64,000 bases of DNA from an uncultured Acidobacteriota bacterium (GCA_963703805.1 CAVPFO010000002.1:54694-118693), one strand, 5' to 3'; counted from the stretch's first letter, positions 18,490 through 26,218 are shown. Program-made: numbers and translations. Notes: generated from the sequence alone by a model not told the origin.

Positions 18490-18674
18490 GTGGTTACAAC
18501 ACGCAGGCACGGCTCTTGCGGCTGAAAGCGGATCGCAATGGGCTGTTCCCGTACCGTTCATCTGGCTCAACTATGTGCTAACGCAGGCGGACTTCAATTG
18601 GGGGTAAAGGGCGTTATTATCCGTATTGACTGAAATCACCGAGGGCGCGTTCCTCGCTGTCTGGAAAAACTCTA

Positions 18675-19139
18675 ATGATCCCCATGAACGAAACATACAT
18701 GCTCGACACGAACGTTTTTAACGCCGTGCTTGATGGGAGGGTATTACTGGCGTCGTCCGTGGGCCGTATTCTCCTTGTTACCGGCATCCAAAGGGATGAA
18801 TTAGGCGCTACCGCAAAACCCGAAAGACGCGCGGCTCTTCTCGCGGTATATAGGGAGATCCGTCCCACCTCGCTGCCCGCGTCTAGCTTCGCTTTCGATA
18901 TCGAAGGTGCCGGTTTCGATCAAGCCTATTGGAACGACGGGAGTGGAAACTTTGAGAAGATGGTTGCTCGACTCCGGCAACTCGACCACAAGAACAAAAG
19001 CACATCCAACCAAGTGCGAGATATTTTAATCGCTGAGACAGCAATAAAGAATCGAGCGACTTTAGTCAGCGGGGATTCCAACTTACGGCAGGTGGTTACT
19101 GAATTCGGAGGCAACGCCATAGACCCGGATGATCTATGA
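18675..19139 (+). CDS. PIN-like (VapC-like) domain protein
   Basis: N-terminal YMLDTNVFNAVL and C-terminal RDILIAETAIKNRATLVSGDSNL match the first and last acidic PIN motifs. No antitoxin-sized ORF upstream. Confidence 0.6.
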   Translation: MIPMNETYMLDTNVFNAVLDGRVLLASSVGRILLVTGIQRDELGATAKPERRAALLAVYREIRPTSLPASSFAFDIEGAGFDQAYWNDGSGNFEKMVARLRQLDHKNKSTSNQVRDILIAETAIKNRATLVSGDSNLRQVVTEFGGNAIDPDDL

Positions 19140-19915
19140 ATGAACTTAGCGGCGCAGAGCGTTTCGAGCAGCTTTCAGACGAAAACAAAGCGCGTTACCT
19201 GGCGATTAATCGGCAGATGGTCCGACTCGCGAGAGATTATGCGGTCCCTATTATCTTCGCTCCTCCGCCAAGCGTCGGAGGCAAAATTAACGGGGCGAGC
19301 GGCTGTGTGGTGCAACTTGCCTCGGGCCTGTTTGTTGTCACTGCTTCCCACGTTTTGGCGGGTTACGAAAAGCGTGCGGCAGAAGGAGAGCGGCTTAACT
19401 GGCAAGTCGGCAACCTCCCTCCCTTCGATCCGCTCCCCCGCGTCGAGTGGAGGAGCCGTGAGAAGGATATAGTGCTCCTGCGCATTTCCGGGAATGAAGC
19501 ACGCAACATCGGACCTTGTACCATTTCGGCTCCTCGGCGCTGGCCGGTACAACCTCCAAAGGAGGGACAATTAGTGCTGGTAGCCGGTTACCCGAAAGGG
19601 TTGCGAGAAGAAAACCCATCTGAGGCGTGGATCGGTTCGGGTCCTTATTCGGCAATATTTCGAGTAACCGTTGCGGAAGCCAACCGCTGCAAATGCCTGA
19701 TTGAGCGCAGAAACCTTATCGGCTTCGAAGAAGGACGTTTGCCCGAGGCGGGCGCGGATATGGGCGGATTGAGCGGCGGGCCGGTGTTGCTAGTTGACAC
19801 TTTCGACTTCCCGCTAATCGGCATTGTGACCGACCGTTGCGAAATGAGTCTCGCAGAGCTGGAAATTCTCCAGTTTGCGACTCTTGAAAATGTAATGATT
19901 GGCGAGGATTCCTGA
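19136..19915 (+). CDS. trypsin-like (S1 family) serine protease
   Basis: His-Asp-Ser triad contexts VVTASHVLAG, EKDIVLLRI, MGGLSGGPVLL. The ATG overlaps the PIN-like gene stop (ATGA, 19136-19139). Confidence 0.7.
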   Translation: MNELSGAERFEQLSDENKARYLAINRQMVRLARDYAVPIIFAPPPSVGGKINGASGCVVQLASGLFVVTASHVLAGYEKRAAEGERLNWQVGNLPPFDPLPRVEWRSREKDIVLLRISGNEARNIGPCTISAPRRWPVQPPKEGQLVLVAGYPKGLREENPSEAWIGSGPYSAIFRVTVAEANRCKCLIERRNLIGFEEGRLPEAGADMGGLSGGPVLLVDTFDFPLIGIVTDRCEMSLAELEILQFATLENVMIGEDS

Positions 19916-19953
19916 ACGATCCACGACCAGGCGCACAGGGACGATTCGTTCTC

Positions 19954-21195
19954 TTAGCCCGGAACGAGAGCAACTTCGCCATCGGTCATGCGCAAAGTGC
20001 CAAAGAGTTTGTCTCCGGCTGCCATCTCCGTCGGTGACGACGGCGGCGACGGCCTGATCGTAAGCCCCACCTCATAACCGGCCTTCTCGCGGTCAATGAC
20101 AATCAAGCAGTGGGTTTTACCAAAGAATGCCATCGCGGCGATCATCAAAATCTGCGTTCGTTTATTCAACTCCTCGGGTTCAATGCCCGCACAGGAGCCG
20201 AACACAAATACCCACTCGGGCTTGGAGTCGAAGTGCAGCGCCCTGTAAGTGAATCCGTCCTTAGAATCACCGAACTTCTCGATTGCTCCAAGGAACGCGC
20301 TGCCAAGTTCCGATCTCTCTCGCAAACCCAAGCTCGCAAGCACGGCCTGCATCTTCAAATAATTAGCGCGGCTATCGGGCGCGTCGTATCGCGCAAGGGC
20401 CTCGGGGGATAGTCCCGCCGCGTAGTCGTCCCGGCGGGTCGCGAGCTGATCCGCAACATGCTCAACCAACCTGCCGTTCAGATCATGTTCTCGCTTCGAT
20501 CTCAAAGCCTGGCGCAATTCATCGCGCTGCGCCGCGACTGCGATGGCTGCGTCGGCCTTCCCCGCGCAGCCAGCCAAGCTGCCGCGTTGCAACAGGTAGA
20601 ACTCGAACAGCGCCCGCTCATCGCCAATGACTCGAAGATCCGAATACGGCAAAGCGCGCCTGGCATCCAGGTAAGCGAGAACTTCCGGCGCGGTTCGTAG
20701 CTCAATCGCAATGTTTAGAAAATCATTCAGTGAAAGATACGTGATCGGCGTACCGTGGTACTGCAACGGAAGATCGTCGGCCCGCGCGTTCAGATCGACG
20801 CGCTCGAATACCTCCACAAGCACGATGCCGTGGTTGATGTCCGGCAATCCATCGGGAAGCTCGACCCTCCCTCTGCGTGGATGGTCGCACCAGATCGGCT
20901 TACCGTGCGCAGTGCGCAACGCACCGCAAAGCTGCGAGGTCGCTCTCTTCGCCTCCTTCAAACCCCACGACGAAGTTTTTTCTGGAGTGCGGGCGAAAGG
21001 GTCCAGTTGCGTCTTCTGGGACATCAATATGCCAACGCCAGGATAGGCGACGAGCAAATCCGCAACTTCCTTTTGCGTTCCACCGTTCATGGTTTGCAGG
21101 CTGCGAAACACGAACTCGGATATGAACGGCAGTGCGAGAAAATCCCTCACGTATCGCTCGGCCCAGATCCCGCGTTCCTCTAACGCTTCCGACAT
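19954..21195 (-). CDS. hypothetical protein with N-terminal NERD/PD-(D/E)xK-like nuclease motif
   Basis: 413-aa ORF. KEVADLLVAYPGVGILMSQKTQ resembles the NERD pattern (E.D.L....G....E.K) with SQK in place of ExK. The rest has no recognisable domain. Confidence 0.45.
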   Translation of the reverse strand: MSEALEERGIWAERYVRDFLALPFISEFVFRSLQTMNGGTQKEVADLLVAYPGVGILMSQKTQLDPFARTPEKTSSWGLKEAKRATSQLCGALRTAHGKPIWCDHPRRGRVELPDGLPDINHGIVLVEVFERVDLNARADDLPLQYHGTPITYLSLNDFLNIAIELRTAPEVLAYLDARRALPYSDLRVIGDERALFEFYLLQRGSLAGCAGKADAAIAVAAQRDELRQALRSKREHDLNGRLVEHVADQLATRRDDYAAGLSPEALARYDAPDSRANYLKMQAVLASLGLRERSELGSAFLGAIEKFGDSKDGFTYRALHFDSKPEWVFVFGSCAGIEPEELNKRTQILMIAAMAFFGKTHCLIVIDREKAGYEVGLTIRPSPPSSPTEMAAGDKLFGTLRMTDGEVALVPG

Positions 21196-21272
21196 AATTG
21201 CTTCTTCACCTCTCTCCTGGGAATAGCTTATTTCGATCAGTCGATTCTGGTCAATGCCGATCCATACCCCAG

Positions 21273-21328
21273 ATGGCGAGATTGTGGCGAGAATATGGTA
21301 GAATTGTGGCGAGATTAGAGGCGAGATT
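21273..21328 (+). repeat. five tandem ~11-nt repeats (consensus RTGGCGAGATT) abutting the fic start codon
   Basis: ATGGCGAGATT / GTGGCGAGAAT / ATGGTAGAATT / GTGGCGAGATT / AGAGGCGAGATT, followed by ATGGCGAAGAA, which contains the fic ATG (21329). Confidence 0.85.
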
Positions 21329-22471
21329 ATGGCGAAGAAATATGTCCACGAACTTCGTGAGTGGCCCGGATTTACATGGGATTCAAAGAGGCTTGCCTCT
21401 TTGCTATCCGATGTCCGGTTGCGTCAGGGATTGTTGGTCGGGAAGATGCGTGGCTATGGCCTCGCTTCCCGGTGGACCGCGACCTTAAAAGTTCTTACCG
21501 AAGAAACGATTAAGTCCAGCGCAATAGAAGGCGTGAAGCTTGATCCAGAAAACGTGCGTTCTTCCCTCGCTCGGCGGCTTGGGCTTGAGGTGGGTGGGCT
21601 CACAGCGCACAAGGATCGAACCGTGGATGGCGTAGTTGAAATGATGTTGGACGCGACACAACAATTCAGCAAGCCGCTAACAAAGGAACTGTTGTTCGAG
21701 TGGCACGCGCATCTCTTTCCGGGCGTTCGCACGACGCGCGATAAATTCCGAGTTGGCGCATGGCGTGATGACAGCCAGGGCCCAATGCAAGTCGTGTCTG
21801 GGCCAGTCGGTCGTCACAAGGTTCATTACGAAGCGCCTACGGCTGATCGCGTCGAGGGCGAGATGGGAAAGTTTCTCGCGTGGTTCGACGGCAACGAACA
21901 AGAAGATCCCCTCCTAAAGGCGGGAATTGCGCATTTGTGGTTCGTAACGATCCACCCGTTTGAGGACGGCAACGGCAGAATCGGAAGAGCAATCGCTGAA
22001 ATGTGTTTGGCCAGATCTGATGGGAGCGCTCAGCGCTTTTACAGTATGTCCTCGCAAATTCTCGAAGATCGGAAGGACTACTACGAAGTTCTTGAGAGAA
22101 CGCAGGCAGGTCGGCTAGACATCACGGAATGGCTGACGTGGTTCCTCGGTTGCTTGGATAGGGCCATCGAGCAATCGAATCAAATCACCAGCAGCGCTCT
22201 GGAGAAGGAATTGTTCTGGAAAGGTTTGACGCAAAGGAAAGTCTCTCTCAATCATCGGCAAAACAAAGTCCTGAACAAGTTATTCGGAGAGTTTGAAGGA
22301 AAGCTGACGAGAGAAAAGTGGATGAAAATGACTAAGGCTTCCTCTCGTACTGCCCTTCGAGATATCGAAGAACTGATTGCCCTGGGAGTTTTGGAACAAG
22401 AGGAAGCGGGAGGGAGGAGCACTTCCTACAGGCTAAATAGGATCGTCAGGCAGACAGAAGGACGCAAATGA
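21329..22471 (+). CDS. Fic/DOC-family protein (class II, N-terminal inhibitory helix)
   Basis: Core motif HPFEDGNGRIGRAIAE. Inhibitory motif S...EG (SSAIEG) lies upstream of the core. DUF4172-like N-terminus (REWPGFTWD). C-terminal winged-helix-like tail. Confidence 0.9.
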   Translation: MAKKYVHELREWPGFTWDSKRLASLLSDVRLRQGLLVGKMRGYGLASRWTATLKVLTEETIKSSAIEGVKLDPENVRSSLARRLGLEVGGLTAHKDRTVDGVVEMMLDATQQFSKPLTKELLFEWHAHLFPGVRTTRDKFRVGAWRDDSQGPMQVVSGPVGRHKVHYEAPTADRVEGEMGKFLAWFDGNEQEDPLLKAGIAHLWFVTIHPFEDGNGRIGRAIAEMCLARSDGSAQRFYSMSSQILEDRKDYYEVLERTQAGRLDITEWLTWFLGCLDRAIEQSNQITSSALEKELFWKGLTQRKVSLNHRQNKVLNKLFGEFEGKLTREKWMKMTKASSRTALRDIEELIALGVLEQEEAGGRSTSYRLNRIVRQTEGRK

Positions 22472-22477
22472 ACTTCG

Positions 22478-23626
22478 GTGAGCAAGAACGTGACCGGTAG
22501 AAACGAACAGTGTCCCTGTGGTAGCGGCAAAAAGTTCAAGAAATGCTGCCTAGAGAAACCCCGAGTAATTCCCGCAGGACCACCGCCGGAAGTCTTCATG
22601 AAAGCAGCTTTACAAATGAGACAGAAGCAACAGGCACAGGAGGATTGGATTGCGCGGTACGGCCACGTAAGACCTGTGATCGCGACGGATAACTGGGGTA
22701 AGAAGTTCGTCGCCATTCGCAACCGACTGTCGTACTCAGAAGCTTGGAAGTTCATACCGGATTTTCTGCTCGACTATGTTCCACACGTATTTGGAAAAGA
22801 TTGGTGGGACGCAGAGGTAGCTAAACCGGAAGGCGAGAGGCACCAAGTATTTCAGTGGCGGGTGGGTTGCCTGCGTCACAAGCAGGCTGGCGTTAATGAT
22901 GGCGAGAAACGAATAGTAATGCCGGATGGCATGACTGGGGCCTATTTGTCCTTCGCGTTCAATCTGTTCGCGATAGAGGACAACAGCAGATTAGACGACC
23001 TCTTACTTCATAGGCTGAAGCACCCCGAGCAGTTTCAAGGAGCTTTACATGAAATCTTCGCGGAAGCCACTTGTCTGCGTGCCGGTTTTACAATCGAAAA
23101 GGAAGACGAGCGTGACCCTTCGACACGACACGCGGAGTTTACGGCAACGCATAAGATTACAGGTGAACGATTCTCAGTTGAGGCAAAGAGCAAACACAGG
23201 CCCGGTGTTCTTGGGCAAGCAGGGGTCGCACAACCGCATGAGAAGCTCAGGCTCACATTTGGTCGGCTCATCAATGACGCCGCCGCGAAAAATCCTAAGC
23301 ATCCTCTGGTGATTTTTCTCGACACTAACTTGCCATTCCGTTCGGCACACCATGTCTACGGTAACGATCCAGCCGTTCCATCGCGATATATTGCAGAGCT
23401 TTGTAAGCGCATCCGCAACGAACACGGCGGACAATATCCTTTCGTCATGTTGGCGCTCACGAACATTCCGCACCACTACGCCGCCGCTCATGAAACCGAC
23501 CCTCCAAAACACATTCACTCGATGATGACGGAACATCCGGCTACAAGCAAAGGTCAAGCTTTGACGGCTCTTTACAATGCCGTTCCGCTGTACGGAAACA
23601 TACCCAACGAGTTTCCAAGATTCTGA
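22478..23626 (+). CDS. SEC-C metal-binding motif protein with PD-(D/E)xK-like nuclease core
   Basis: N-terminal CPCGSGKKFKKCC. Central HEIFAEATCLRAGF...RHAEFTATHKITGERFSVEAKSK resembles a restriction-endonuclease-fold E...(D/E)xK core. GTG start 7 nt after the fic stop. Confidence 0.75.
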   Translation: MSKNVTGRNEQCPCGSGKKFKKCCLEKPRVIPAGPPPEVFMKAALQMRQKQQAQEDWIARYGHVRPVIATDNWGKKFVAIRNRLSYSEAWKFIPDFLLDYVPHVFGKDWWDAEVAKPEGERHQVFQWRVGCLRHKQAGVNDGEKRIVMPDGMTGAYLSFAFNLFAIEDNSRLDDLLLHRLKHPEQFQGALHEIFAEATCLRAGFTIEKEDERDPSTRHAEFTATHKITGERFSVEAKSKHRPGVLGQAGVAQPHEKLRLTFGRLINDAAAKNPKHPLVIFLDTNLPFRSAHHVYGNDPAVPSRYIAELCKRIRNEHGGQYPFVMLALTNIPHHYAAAHETDPPKHIHSMMTEHPATSKGQALTALYNAVPLYGNIPNEFPRF

Positions 23627-23635
23627 CGGCAGACA

Positions 23636-23721
23636 CGCGCCGCTGTGCCAGAACTGTGCCAAAACCTTACCTTTTCGATCAATTGGGGTTAGCTTTGAGC
23701 GAAAAGCAGGCTCCCCAAGTT
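23636..23721. repeat. direct repeat copy B (~86 nt, contains the 30-nt core at 23680-23709)
   Basis: See copy A. Starts 10 nt after the SEC-C gene stop. Carries GTGCCAGAACTGTGCCA (23645-23661). Confidence 0.9.
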
Positions 23722-24061
23722 GTTGAAAAGATTGAAAACGCAAACCAACAAATGGAAGCGGTGAAGTGGCGAATCGCCCTCAGAAGGTAGACGCTGCAAA
23801 GTCTGGTCGATGGGCTGAGATATTTCTCCACGGTCCCGTATCCTCTGGATTTGTTCTTCGGAAAACCGTAGCCACTCAGCTTAAAACGCAACCACGCGGG
23901 CCTGCTCCAGATCGTAGCTCGGCATATCGGAGATCGTTGAGCCGCGTACATCAGAAGTTGGGAACAAGTTGGGAACAATAACCGCCGAATACCCCCATAA
24001 ACCGTGATATAAGATGCGCGAAAGACATGGACGAGACAACTACTTAGCGTTTTAGAGTTTA

Positions 24062-24107
24062 CCTTGGGCGCAGGAGGCCTGGAGTTCGAATCTCCACGCC
24101 CCGACCA
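24062..24107 (+). pseudogene. orphan 3' fragment of tRNA-Pro(UGG): anticodon loop through CCA, no 5' half
   Basis: Reads CTTGGGC (loop with U33, anticodon TGG, G37), GCAGG, AGGCC, T arm TGGAG-TTCGAAT-CTCCA, acceptor strand CGCCCCG, discriminator A, CCA. The upstream sequence cannot pair with GCAGG or CGCCCCG. Confidence 0.8.
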
Positions 24108-24278
24108 ATTCAGCTTGCCTTCGAGGACACAACTCCAAAGTGTGCAAAGCAGGTGGGGGCGGGATCGGGCACGGAACACGCGTATTTTTGTCGCATCGTC
24201 CGCACTCCGTACGCAACGGACGATACGATCGGCACCCAGGTTGACAATGTAACGAAGTGGTGTGAGAGTCGTGCGAAC

Positions 24279-24752
24279 ATGACCGCTTCTCACGTGTTGT
24301 TGCTCGCCCTTTTAATCGGCATCCTCTCCGGCTTGCGCGCGCTGAGCCCTATTGCGGTGACGGCTTGGGGCGCTTACCTAGGATGGTTCAATCTGCCGCG
24401 GCCGTATTCGCTGATCGGCACGATCGCTGGCGTGGCGATTCTTTCGCTGGCGGCAATCGCCGAACTCGTAAACGACAAGCTGCCAAAAACACCGCCGCGC
24501 ACGGCACCGCCAAGCGTGGTGATTCGCTGCCTGCTCGGCGCGTTTGCAGGAGCGTGCATCGCAATGGCTGGCATGCAAAGCGCGATTGCGGGAGCAGGCG
24601 CGGGCATTGTGGGAGGGCTAATCGGCACATTTGGCGGTTATCAGGTGCGGATGCGGCTCGTGAAGGCGCTCGGCACGCCGGATTTTCCCATCGCGATCCT
24701 CGAAGATCTTGTCACGATTCTCGGCTCGCTGTGGGTAGCCAGCCGGTTCTAA
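24279..24752 (+). CDS. DUF4126-family membrane protein
   Basis: Glycine/alanine-rich polytopic ORF (LLIGILSGLRALSPIAVTAW..., AIAELVNDKLPKTP, GGLIGTFGGYQVR). ATG 24279 chosen over the longer ORF that opens at 24153. Confidence 0.65.
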   Translation: MTASHVLLLALLIGILSGLRALSPIAVTAWGAYLGWFNLPRPYSLIGTIAGVAILSLAAIAELVNDKLPKTPPRTAPPSVVIRCLLGAFAGACIAMAGMQSAIAGAGAGIVGGLIGTFGGYQVRMRLVKALGTPDFPIAILEDLVTILGSLWVASRF

Positions 24753-24806
24753 TTGCCACGGGCAATCGCTCGATCACATCCATATTTCCCTTCCGGGAGA
24801 CCTAGC

Positions 24807-26198
24807 ATGAGTCCTTCCAAGCATTACGACGCGATTGTGATCGGCTCGGGCCAAGGAGGCACTCCGCTGTGCCAGGCGCTGGCCGAGGCCGGCATGCGCA
24901 CGGCTTTGGTGGAGCGCGAACATATCGGCGGCACCTGCATCAACGAAGGTTGCACGCCGACAAAAACCATTATCGCGAGCGGCCGCGTGGCATATCTCAC
25001 GCGGCGAGGGGCCGATTACGGAGTGAAGAGCGGCGCCCTACACATTGCGATGGAACGCATCCGGAAGCGAAAACGCGATATTGTGAAACAGTTTCGCACC
25101 GGCAGCGAAAAGCGCATTCAGAAAACTGCCCGGCTGGATTTGATCTACGGAGAGGCGGCATTCGCGGGAGCGGAATCGCTGGAGGTACGCCTACGAAAAG
25201 GAGGCGTAACGACTCTTCATGCCGAGCGCATTTTTATCAATGCGGGTTGCCGGCCCGCCATTCCTGCGCTGGATGGATTGAAAGACGTGCCGTTTCTCGA
25301 TAGCACTTCGATTATGGAGCTCGCACGCGTGCCTCAGCACTTATTGGTTCTCGGTGGCGGGTACGTTGGCCTGGAATTCGGGCAATTGTTTCGGCGGTTG
25401 GGCAGCCGGGTAACGATCGTGCAGAACGGAACGCAACTCCTGGCGCGAGAGGATGAAGACGTTGCTAAGGAGGTGGCCAAAATTCTGAAAGAAGATGGGG
25501 TAGAGGTGCTGTTAAACACGAAAGCGGAAAGCGTGGCACGCTCGCGTTCGGAAATCGCTTTAAAAGTGCGATCCAAGCGAGGTGCACGCACGATCGTGGG
25601 GACGCACCTGCTGGTGGCTACTGGCCGCGTGCCCAATACGGAGGTTCTGCGCCTGGCCGCGGCAGGCATCGCGACGGACAAACGCGGCTTTATTCCCGTG
25701 GACAACAAACTGCAAACGAATGTGAGCGGCGTGTTCGCGTTGGGAGACATCAACGGCGGCCCGGCGTTTACGCACATTTCTTACGACGATTTTCGGATCG
25801 TACGCACGAATGTGATCGAAAAGGGCAGCGCAACGACCACGCATCGGCTTGTTCCCTACACCGTATTCATGGACCCGCAATTGGGGCGCGTAGGTCTGAC
25901 AGAAGCGCAAGCGCGCGAAGAAGGGCGCAAGATTCGCGTGGCGAAAATGCCGATGACGTATGTGGCCCGCGCAGTGGAAACCGCCGAAACGCGAGGCTTT
26001 ATGAAAGCCGTCGTTGACGCCTCCACCGATCAAATCCTGGGTGCGGCAGTTCTAGGAATCGAAGGCGGAGAGATTATGAGCCAACTGGAGATCGCGATGA
26101 TGGGCAAGCTACCCTATCCCGTGCTGAAGGATGCCGTGTTTGCGCACCCGACACTGGCGGAATCGTTGAATAACCTCTTCGGCCACTTTGAGAGCTGA
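24807..26198 (+). CDS. class I FAD-dependent pyridine nucleotide-disulfide oxidoreductase
   Basis: YDAIVIGSGQGG FAD motif. Redox-active GGTCINEGCTPTK (CxxxxC). Second Rossmann LLVLGGGYVGLEFGQ. C-terminal dimerisation region with AHPTLAE. GGGAGA RBS before ATG 24807. Confidence 0.85.
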   Translation: MSPSKHYDAIVIGSGQGGTPLCQALAEAGMRTALVEREHIGGTCINEGCTPTKTIIASGRVAYLTRRGADYGVKSGALHIAMERIRKRKRDIVKQFRTGSEKRIQKTARLDLIYGEAAFAGAESLEVRLRKGGVTTLHAERIFINAGCRPAIPALDGLKDVPFLDSTSIMELARVPQHLLVLGGGYVGLEFGQLFRRLGSRVTIVQNGTQLLAREDEDVAKEVAKILKEDGVEVLLNTKAESVARSRSEIALKVRSKRGARTIVGTHLLVATGRVPNTEVLRLAAAGIATDKRGFIPVDNKLQTNVSGVFALGDINGGPAFTHISYDDFRIVRTNVIEKGSATTTHRLVPYTVFMDPQLGRVGLTEAQAREEGRKIRVAKMPMTYVARAVETAETRGFMKAVVDASTDQILGAAVLGIEGGEIMSQLEIAMMGKLPYPVLKDAVFAHPTLAESLNNLFGHFES

Positions 26199-26218
26199 GC
26201 CACAGATCCGATTTATTG

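Noticed and set aside
18490-18674. Integrase remnant downstream of the excisionase-like gene (frame reading GGYNTQARLLRLKADRNGLFPYR)
   Set aside because: The stretch is only ~30 codons, carries no integrase N-terminal or catalytic motifs, and ends in a stop. There is not enough signal.
23880-23960. Possible integrase C-terminal remnant on the minus strand (NDLRYAELRSGAG / RGSTISDMPSYDL)
   Set aside because: The two candidate readings are alternative frames of the same DNA. Each gives only a vague resemblance to the HxLRH or LGH...Y regions. Not supportable without a homology search.
23685-24107. Possible tmRNA (ssrA): a tRNA-like 3' end with T arm and CCA, preceded ~420 nt upstream by GGGGTTAGC...
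   Set aside because: The acceptor strand CGCCCCG implies C1:G72 and C70, so there is no G3:U70 alanine identity pair. No 5' strand complementary to it exists. I found no tag reading frame ending in the usual Ala-Ala-stop. The anticodon-loop-like CTTGGGC fits a tRNA-Pro fragment instead.
23679-24293. 204-aa minus-strand ORF spanning the long intergenic region
   Set aside because: It runs antisense straight through the tRNA fragment; its ...GRGDSNSRPP... stretch is just the translated T arm. It has no RBS and no recognisable domain, and it covers repeat copy B. Treated as a chance ORF.
24807-26198. Mercuric reductase (MerA) assignment
   Set aside because: The protein has the class I CxxxxC redox centre but lacks the C-terminal Cys pair and the NmerA metal-binding domain, and no mer genes are nearby. 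Kept as a generic FAD-dependent disulfide oxidoreductase.
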